From assembly GCA_038207585.1 (NCBI GenBank), contig JBBQZP010000023.1, positions 323 through 64,322 on the forward strand: a stretch of DNA of 64,000 bases, read 5' to 3'. The position numbers were made by a program, and so were the translations under genes. This stretch comes from Rhodobacterales bacterium (GTDB lineage Bacteria > Pseudomonadota > Alphaproteobacteria > Rhodobacterales > Rhodobacteraceae). The notes beneath the pieces were generated by a model, which had not been told where the DNA came from, searched no databases, and saw nothing but the letters and a program-made list of their open reading frames with translations. Shown in pieces: positions 41,203 through 47,900 of the stretch (positions within the stretch are counted from its first letter, which is position 1; each line of letters starts with the position of its first letter).

Positions 41203-41970
41203 ATGACGACCAAGGTACTTCTGGTAGGCGAAAGCTGGGTGTCTTCGGCCACTCATTACAAGGGCTTTGACCAGTTCGGCAGCGTCACCTTCCATCTGGG
41301 CGCCGAGCCGTTGGTGGCAGCACTGAAGGGAACAGAATTCGATCTGACCTATATGACCGCCCATGACGCGGTCGAGAATTTCCCGTTCGAGATGGAAGGC
41401 CTGGATGCCTATGACGTGATCATCCTGTCCGACATCGGGGCGAATTCGTTCCTGCTGCCGCCCGCCGTGTGGCTTCGGTCGCAGACCGTGCCAAACCGGC
41501 TGCGCCTGATCAAGGCATGGGTGGAACGTGGCGGCGGGCTTTTGATGGTGGGCGGGTATTTCAGTTTTCAGGGCATCGACGGCAAGGCACGCTGGCGCAA
41601 CACGCCGGTCGAGGATGTGTTGCCCGTCACCTGCCACCCTTGGGATGACCGGGTGGAAATGCCCGAAGGCAGCGTGGCCGAGGTGCTGGAACCGGGTCAC
41701 CCCGTGATGGCGGGGCTGGATGGTGACTGGCCGTTTGTTCTGGGCGTGAACGAGGTGGAAGTCCGCCCCGGCGCGCAGGTTCTTGCGCGGATACCCCTGG
41801 CTCAGGGCGGCCATCCGCTGCTGGTTCTGGGCGGGTTCGGCAAGGGGCGGACGGCGGCGTGGACATCCGACATCGGGCCGCACTGGCTGTCACCCGCCTT
41901 TTGCGCATGGCACGGCTATGGCACGCTTTGGAAAAACCTCTTGGGCTGGCTGGCGCATGGCCGTGGCTGA
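41203..41970 (+). CDS. GATase1-like (putative glutamine amidotransferase-like) cytoplasmic protein of unknown function
   Basis: MTTKVLLVGESW…HYKGFDQF…YDVIILSDIGANSF…GGGLLMVGGYFSFQG resembles the uncharacterised class-I-amidotransferase-like family seen in rhizobial sugar loci. I could not point to a clear catalytic Cys. Confidence 0.5.
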   Translation: MTTKVLLVGESWVSSATHYKGFDQFGSVTFHLGAEPLVAALKGTEFDLTYMTAHDAVENFPFEMEGLDAYDVIILSDIGANSFLLPPAVWLRSQTVPNRLRLIKAWVERGGGLLMVGGYFSFQGIDGKARWRNTPVEDVLPVTCHPWDDRVEMPEGSVAEVLEPGHPVMAGLDGDWPFVLGVNEVEVRPGAQVLARIPLAQGGHPLLVLGGFGKGRTAAWTSDIGPHWLSPAFCAWHGYGTLWKNLLGWLAHGRG

Positions 41971-41979
41971 CAGCTGCTG

Positions 41980-42861
41980 TCACGGCTCGCTCAGGATGGC
42001 CGCCAGTTCTGCCTGCGTCGGAAGGGCCGCACCTGTGCCCGGACGTGACACGGTAATGGCCGCCGCCGCCGCCGCATGGCGCAGGGCGCGGGCATCCATG
42101 GGCTTGCCCCGAAGCGCGGATGACGCCAGAGCGGTCGCCATGAAACAATCACCGGCACCGGTGGTATCAACGACGGTGCAGGGCTGCGCCGGAACGGTCA
42201 CGCTGCCATCCGGCGTGATCAGGTGTGCCCCCGCCGACCCCAGCGTCAGCACGATCTGCGCAACGCCAGCCGCCCCAAGTGCCGCAGTACCGCCAAGGGT
42301 TGCGGCTTCGCTTTCGTTCAGGAAAACCAGATCGACCAACGGCCAAAGCTGCGCAAAGAACGGACGCAGCGGCGAGGGGTTCAGTGCCGTCTGCATCCCC
42401 ATCGCCCGCGCCCGGCGAAACGCGGCAAGCGTGGCGTCAGCCGAAAGGTTGCCTTGCATCACCAGCAGATCGCCGGGGCGCGCCCCCGCCATCACGCTGT
42501 GCACCGTTGCCTCTGTCAGGCCCGTCGCGGCAGCATTGGTAGTGATGATCGCGTTGTCACCTGACGGGGTGCGCAGGATGATCGACAGATCACTTGCCAC
42601 CCCCTCGATTGGCACAAAATCAACCGTTACCGGTTCGGCTGCCAGCCTGCGGCGGATATCCTCTGCCCGGCTGTCCGTGCCCACGGGTGCGGCAAACCGG
42701 CAGTCCAACCCCGCACGCCCCAGCACGATCGCCTGGTTGGCCCCCTTGCCCCCCAGATCAATCTGGCTTGCTGTGCCGTGGATCGACGTGCCACGCACCG
42801 GCAGGTCGTCGACACTCAGCGCCTCGTCCAGTGCCACGTTTCCAATCACAAAGGCGCGCAT
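41980..42861 (-). CDS. PfkB-family carbohydrate kinase (ribokinase-like)
   Basis: Start trimmed to the ATG at 42861. GGKGANQA and DTTGAGDCF motifs. Confidence 0.85.
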   Translation of the reverse strand: MRAFVIGNVALDEALSVDDLPVRGTSIHGTASQIDLGGKGANQAIVLGRAGLDCRFAAPVGTDSRAEDIRRRLAAEPVTVDFVPIEGVASDLSIILRTPSGDNAIITTNAAATGLTEATVHSVMAGARPGDLLVMQGNLSADATLAAFRRARAMGMQTALNPSPLRPFFAQLWPLVDLVFLNESEAATLGGTAALGAAGVAQIVLTLGSAGAHLITPDGSVTVPAQPCTVVDTTGAGDCFMATALASSALRGKPMDARALRHAAAAAAITVSRPGTGAALPTQAELAAILSEP

Positions 42862-42894
42862 GGTGCAGCCGTACTCCATCCGGAAGGTCTTCTG

Positions 42895-43767
42895 ATGCAA
42901 ACCATATCCAACCGCAGTTCAGGGGCGATAGGCGAAATCTTCGGGCGGGAAAAGGTTTTGATCGGAATGATCCATTGCCCGCCCTTCCCCGGCGCACCGC
43001 GCTATCGCGACGCAACCGTCGAAAGCCTGTATGACGCCTGCCTGCGCGATGCCGAAGCGCTGGTGGCGGGCGGCCTGCACGGGCTGATCATCGAGAACCA
43101 CGGCGATATTCCATTCTTGAAACCTGAAGATATCGGGCCCGAGACGCCTGCCTTTCTGTCGGTGGTAACAGACCGTGTGCGGCGGGCTACGGGCGTGCCT
43201 GTGGGCATCAATGTGCTGGCGAACGCCCCCTTGCCGGCCCTTGCCACGGCGGTGGCGGGTGGCGCTGCCTTTATCCGGGTCAATCAATGGGCCAATGCCT
43301 ATGTCGCCAATGAGGGTTTCATGGAGGGTCGCGCAGGCGAAGCGCTGCGCTATCGGTCGCTGTTGCGAGCCGAGACGGTGCGCATCTTTGCCGATGCGCA
43401 TGTCAAACACGGCAGCCATGCCATCGTCGCAGATCGGTCGGTGGCAGAACTGACCCGCGACCTGGCTTTCTTCGATGCGGATTGCGTGATTGCGACGGGT
43501 CAGCGCACCGGACATTCCGCCAACCCCGAGGAAATCGACGAAATCGCTGCCGCGACGCATCTGCCGGTTCTGGTCGGGTCGGGTGTCACCGAAGACAACA
43601 TCGTGTCGATCCTGTCGCGCACCAACGGGGTGATTGTCGCCTCGTCGTTGAAAGTGGGCGGTGTCTGGTGGAACCCGGTTGATCCGGAACGGGTGCACCG
43701 TTTTACAGCGCGTGCCGCAGAAGGGTTGTCCGAGGGGTCCTCGCAAACGTCCGACCGATCTGACTAG
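42895..43767 (+). CDS. BtpA/SgcQ family protein
   Basis: Start trimmed to the ATG at 42895. LIGMIHCPPFPGAPRY…GLIIENHGDIPF…VGINVLAN…FIRVN follows the BtpA family pattern. Confidence 0.8.
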   Translation: MQTISNRSSGAIGEIFGREKVLIGMIHCPPFPGAPRYRDATVESLYDACLRDAEALVAGGLHGLIIENHGDIPFLKPEDIGPETPAFLSVVTDRVRRATGVPVGINVLANAPLPALATAVAGGAAFIRVNQWANAYVANEGFMEGRAGEALRYRSLLRAETVRIFADAHVKHGSHAIVADRSVAELTRDLAFFDADCVIATGQRTGHSANPEEIDEIAAATHLPVLVGSGVTEDNIVSILSRTNGVIVASSLKVGGVWWNPVDPERVHRFTARAAEGLSEGSSQTSDRSD

Positions 43768-44080
43768 GGTAATCTGCAATTGGTGTGAAGAGATGGCTTT
43801 TTGCGCCCGATGGTGCTGTTCCGCACAGGGCTGCATGGTCAACCAACGAAAAGGAAGCCATTTCATGATGAAGGCCAAAGATGCCACGGGAAAAGCGATC
43901 ATCAACTTTAACCCATGCCTCCTGTTCCTTGGCAAAACGCGCATTGCCTTTCATGAGTTTTTTTGTAAACAACCTCAAAAGTGACCCGTAGCCAAATCCG
44001 GTTTTCAAATTCAGCCAGTACACGATCCTGCCGTAGTCTCGGAACCAAAGTTTGACAGAAATCACGCGCGACGCAGCCAT

Positions 44081-45490
44081 ATGAGTCTGGATTTCAAAAA
44101 GCTGGACGCTTTCGCACCACTGGATGAGCAACGCGATACCTATCCGGAACGCTATTCTCCCGTCGAACTTGAATTTCCACTTTTCGGAGACTTCAGACCG
44201 TTCAGCGCCGATCCGCAAGCGCCGGCTGATGGTGACGCAATCGAGGCACCGCCGCTTCACTGCTATGCGATCGTGGATGCCGGGAGGATCGCGCAATTTG
44301 ACGGGCCGCAATCGGTGGCTCCGACCCCCTGCGAAAGCCTTTTCTTCGGAGAGGCCGCGACAGAGCTTTCCGACGTCGCCCCGTATATTCTGCAACTGTC
44401 TCCGGATGATCGTTTCTTACAACGTCTGATGACACAAAGCGACAACGCATGGGATCATTGGGATCGCGCGCCCGCCGTTTATCTGCGGACCAGCGCATCA
44501 CCGGGCGAACTTGTCCGGCATTTCCGCAGCTTCGTTCGGGTGCAGGACCCCGAGGGAAAGTGGTTCTATTTCCGCTTCTGGGAGCCGAAAAGCCTGCTTG
44601 CCGTCTTGCGTGTTCTTGCTGATCATCCATCTGATCTTGCGCGGTTCCTTTTCTTGCGTGATGGGACGCCAATCCACAGTTTCATCGTGCCGACACCCTC
44701 TGAGACCTGGGTTGTGAAGAACGCCATGGCCGAACAGCCGGAGCGCAAGCCGTTCGTTCTGCGCGCGGCCTACCGGCAGGCGTTCGATGCAAATGTCGAA
44801 GACAGATTTGCTGCAGAATTCGCCCAAAGCCTGATCACTTCGGCCCCCAGGCAGGCCGCGGCACTCGGTATTTCCGAGGCGGCACCCATCGCAGCGATGA
44901 TCCGGCAGATCGTGTCTGACCTTGCCCCGCATGGATTTGAGCGGCGAAGCGATCTGGCGCGCCTTGCGTCCTGCGCGCTTTTCTTCGGGACCAATCTCTT
45001 TCGCGACCCGCGCCATTCCGGGTGGGCCGAGTCTCATCTCACGAAAGCGCGTTTTCATGCGGTCAGCGCCAAGCGTTTTGAAGAAGTGCTGACGAGCGGC
45101 CCTCTTTTCGTGCTGGTCAGCGGTGCAGCGGGGACCGTCAAGGCACGCTCTGCACTGCAGGGCGCGTTTGCCACGACGGATTCGCTTGCGGTCTGGTTGG
45201 GGCGGCTGCTGCGGCCGGACTGGGGCTTTTCCAATCAGACGCAGGTCAACGCCTTCATCCAGTTGTGCCACGACCAGCAAATCAAGGCCGGCCTGCTGGC
45301 TCTAGGCTCGGATACGCTGAAAATTCGGGCGCATTATGTTCTGGCCTGTCTTTATGGGCCACACTTTCTGGTTGACCCATTGCACGACAGAATGCGATCC
45401 GTGTTCACTGAGTTAGCGCATTTCGAGGATTTTATTTTGTCAGAGATGAACCGTCGCGCTGACGCGCTGGACCGCCCTGCAAATGGCTGA
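44081..45490 (+). CDS. DUF4123 domain protein (T6SS adaptor/chaperone family, Tap-1/TEC-like) with ~250-aa C-terminal extension
   Basis: CYAIVDAGRIAQF…SLFFGEAATELSDVAPYILQL…APAVYLRTSASPGELVRHFRSFVRVQDPEGKWFYFRFWEPKSLLAVL follows the DUF4123 consensus (yaiLDaa…lf.g…l…gP.Lv.l…s…l…hLR…v…g…fRfyDPrvl). The stop overlaps the next ATG (ATGGCTGA). Confidence 0.8.
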   Translation: MSLDFKKLDAFAPLDEQRDTYPERYSPVELEFPLFGDFRPFSADPQAPADGDAIEAPPLHCYAIVDAGRIAQFDGPQSVAPTPCESLFFGEAATELSDVAPYILQLSPDDRFLQRLMTQSDNAWDHWDRAPAVYLRTSASPGELVRHFRSFVRVQDPEGKWFYFRFWEPKSLLAVLRVLADHPSDLARFLFLRDGTPIHSFIVPTPSETWVVKNAMAEQPERKPFVLRAAYRQAFDANVEDRFAAEFAQSLITSAPRQAAALGISEAAPIAAMIRQIVSDLAPHGFERRSDLARLASCALFFGTNLFRDPRHSGWAESHLTKARFHAVSAKRFEEVLTSGPLFVLVSGAAGTVKARSALQGAFATTDSLAVWLGRLLRPDWGFSNQTQVNAFIQLCHDQQIKAGLLALGSDTLKIRAHYVLACLYGPHFLVDPLHDRMRSVFTELAHFEDFILSEMNRRADALDRPANG

Positions 45491-47189
45491 TAGAAGCCAG
45501 GGTGAATTCGCCGCCACACAAGCGGAAGCATCCTCGCAGCACGGACAGGCCGTCGGCGGGGGCTGCGTGCGGTGCCACGAGGGCAACTGGGTTCATGTCC
45601 GCTATGAATACACAGAAGGCGATCCGGTTACGGATGCCACCTTCGTTGTGCAGACCCCGAACGGCGGCAAGCCAGGCGGGACGGTCCTGCATGAAGGCGT
45701 TGTCAGCATCGGCCCCAGTGCGTCACACAATTTTGTGCATGTCGATCTGGGTGGCCACGATGGCCCGGTCGAGGTTTTCTTTTTTGATGATCCGACCGAG
45801 CCCGTGCCCTTTACCGAACCTGCGCCGGTCAAGGATGAACGGGGCTGGCTGGAATGGGCCGCCGATGGCGTCGTGTCGGCGGGCCGCGCAGTTGGCGATG
45901 GTGCAGCATGGGTCGGCAACGTCGCGATGGGCGATTTCAACGACGATATGACCACCGGGCAGATTGTGACGAACGCCATTGTCACCGCCGTGCCCGGCAT
46001 TGATCAGGTTGCCGATGCGCGCGATCTGGTTGCCAATGGCAAAGCCCTGCTCTGGGATCGACGCTATACGGAAATTGGCGTTTGGGTCGGGGTATTTGCC
46101 TGCCTGATCGGTCTTGTTCCCTCGCTCGGGTCGCTGGCAAAGGGAGTGATCAAGATCATCTGGAAAAACGCGGGCGAGATGGGCCGCCTGCTGGTCTACA
46201 TCAACCGGGCCTTGCACAGGACCGGAATTGCGCGGATCAACGGCTACCGCTTCGTCAAGGAACTGGGCGAAGGGCTTGCCGGCAAAGTGGCCGAGGTGGC
46301 GGCCAAATTTGATGAGTTTCTGGACGATTGCGCCGCCCAAGCGCGCCGGTTCGGCATGACCGACCTGTTGGCCAGCATCGAGACAGTGCGCGGCATGGCG
46401 CGGCAGAAGTTTGATGAAGTTGCCGCAGAAATCAGCGCCCGTATCGCGCGCGGCATCGGCCAATACGCAACCAAGGCCTGGCGCCTGCTGCCGCACCAAA
46501 GCATCGTCGTGCGCCGCGCGACTGTGATGGCCCGCCAAAGCTTTGAAAGCTGGCAGGAAACGATGGCCCGGATCGGCTTTGACAAGAACGCGCTTGAGGC
46601 CGGGGCAGAGCCGATTGATGATGCGACAAAGCGGTGGATGGTCGACAGCGGCGTTCGGTCGGCGCGCTGGCGCACTGAGCTTCTGGCCGACCCCAAACTG
46701 ACACCCGAACTGCGAACATTTCTGCAACAAGACGTAGGCGGCCGGGCCACAGACATGTTGAAGACGTTCTCGACCAAACCGACTGTCGTGAACTTTTCGG
46801 AGTCGCCGCGGACTCTGTATCGCGTAATAGATGGCCCGGAAAAGATTAACGGATCGTTCTGGAGCCGGGCCGAACCTCCATCCGACGAGGCGGCATGGCG
46901 ATCGCGCGACGCCGTCCTGAACGGATGGAATGAGGGCGGAGCCTATGTCTCAGCCGCAGTTCCGCCGCCGCCTGCTGGCTTGGTCGGCACGATTGCGCCA
47001 CAAATCTCCGATGTTGATCCGACGAAAATGCTGCGAGGCGGCGGCGAGCAGGTTTACATCCCCGGTCGCCCCGCTATTCCGGAATCCCAGATGCGGCAAT
47101 ATCTTCATACCGACTGGAACGACCGTGCGCCTGTGTCTGCGACTCGGGCGACTTCGCAGGCCGGTCATGCAGGGGAATGCGATCTATGA
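45483..47189 (+). CDS. putative DUF4123-dependent secreted effector/toxin (568 aa): unassigned N-terminal region, hydrophobic segment, ~130-aa C-terminal toxin-like domain
   Basis: Translationally coupled to the DUF4123 gene upstream and to a small ORF downstream. GDFNDDMTTGQIVTNAIVTAVPGIDQVADARDL is followed by the hydrophobic stretch IGVWVGVFACLIGLVPSLGSLAKGVI. The C-terminus is LYRVIDGPEKINGSFWS…VGTIAPQ…GGGEQVYIP. Confidence 0.6.
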   Translation: MADRSQGEFAATQAEASSQHGQAVGGGCVRCHEGNWVHVRYEYTEGDPVTDATFVVQTPNGGKPGGTVLHEGVVSIGPSASHNFVHVDLGGHDGPVEVFFFDDPTEPVPFTEPAPVKDERGWLEWAADGVVSAGRAVGDGAAWVGNVAMGDFNDDMTTGQIVTNAIVTAVPGIDQVADARDLVANGKALLWDRRYTEIGVWVGVFACLIGLVPSLGSLAKGVIKIIWKNAGEMGRLLVYINRALHRTGIARINGYRFVKELGEGLAGKVAEVAAKFDEFLDDCAAQARRFGMTDLLASIETVRGMARQKFDEVAAEISARIARGIGQYATKAWRLLPHQSIVVRRATVMARQSFESWQETMARIGFDKNALEAGAEPIDDATKRWMVDSGVRSARWRTELLADPKLTPELRTFLQQDVGGRATDMLKTFSTKPTVVNFSESPRTLYRVIDGPEKINGSFWSRAEPPSDEAAWRSRDAVLNGWNEGGAYVSAAVPPPPAGLVGTIAPQISDVDPTKMLRGGGEQVYIPGRPAIPESQMRQYLHTDWNDRAPVSATRATSQAGHAGECDL

Positions 47190-47659
47190 AAGCTGAAACC
47201 GCGATCTTTGTCGATGCGATTGCCGCCATGCGCGATCACGCACGTCAGCTTGCAACGGATGAGATGATCCTTGTCGACAATACTCCGTTGCCGGATCTGA
47301 TCCAGCAGCGCTATGGGCTGTCATCGCAGAAGCGTCCCGCCAATCTGATTGCGAAGTTGCACGAAAGCGCCCTGTCGGCAGAGCGTTGGGCCGGGCATGT
47401 GGAAACCGCGTTGCACAGTGCAGATACGTTGTCGGCGCTGGCCTACATATCCTCGGCGATGACGTCGGTTGATCGCATCATGGCCGACGGCGGCCCCTAC
47501 GTTGAACCGGGCCTGTTCCAATGGCTCTCGTCACGGCTTGATCCGATCTATTGGCGGGCCGTGCCGGTGTTCAACCTGGGTTCCGAACCACCGGACAATA
47601 GCAGAATCGACGCATACTCCCGTTGGCTTGCGACACATCCGAACCCGTGGTCTGCCTGA
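47186..47659 (+). CDS. candidate cognate immunity protein (no family recognised)
   Basis: The ATG at 47186 overlaps the effector TGA (ATGA). An alternative ATG lies at 47177. ~157 aa with no signal peptide or TM segment. The call rests on position immediately 3' of the toxin domain. Confidence 0.5.
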   Translation: MKAETAIFVDAIAAMRDHARQLATDEMILVDNTPLPDLIQQRYGLSSQKRPANLIAKLHESALSAERWAGHVETALHSADTLSALAYISSAMTSVDRIMADGGPYVEPGLFQWLSSRLDPIYWRAVPVFNLGSEPPDNSRIDAYSRWLATHPNPWSA

Positions 47660-47684
47660 CCTGGCCTTGGCGAAAGGTTGCAGG

Positions 47685-47880
47685 CTGGTCGGACGAATTG
47701 CGCCGCAGCACTTTCCGAAACATCCCGACCAGATGTTGAAGGGTGGCGGCGAACAAGTCTGACTTTCCAGTCTGCGAACCGATGCAGTGTCCCAATATCG
47801 GGTCAAGCAATACTGGCATACCGACTGGAACGACCGCACACCCGTTTCCGCCACCCGGGCGACCTCGCACGGGTACTCTG
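47685..47880 (+). pseudogene. orphan, degenerate copy of the effector 3' end (toxin C-terminal remnant) with in-frame TGA at 47760-47762
   Basis: LVGRIAPQHFPKHPDQMLKGGGEQV*LSSLRTDAVSQYRVKQYWHTDWNDRTPVSATRATSH aligns with effector residues LVGTIAPQISDVDPTKMLRGGGEQVYIPGRPAIPESQMRQYLHTDWNDRAPVSATRATSQ. In the best DNA block (47106-47159 vs 47817-47870) I count 44/54 identical. Confidence 0.65.
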
Positions 47881-47900
47881 GCAACCTTAAACGCGATCGG

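Noticed and set aside
40129-41883. 584-aa minus-strand ORF across the PTE and GATase1-like genes
   Set aside because: It spans two well-supported plus-strand genes and their intergenic gap. No motifs are present, so it is an antisense artefact.
43703-44395. 230-aa minus-strand ORF spanning the AT-rich spacer and the DUF4123 5' end
   Set aside because: It overlaps two better-supported genes on the other strand and has no recognisable family. The part within the spacer alone is too short and unsupported to call. A small gene here cannot be fully excluded.
45483-47189. Effector as an Rhs, PAAR, MIX or LXG-type toxin
   Set aside because: I found no YD repeats, no PAAR motif, no MIX-type hRxGhhYhh motif and no LXG helix bundle pattern in the translation. 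It is therefore left unclassified rather than forced into a family.
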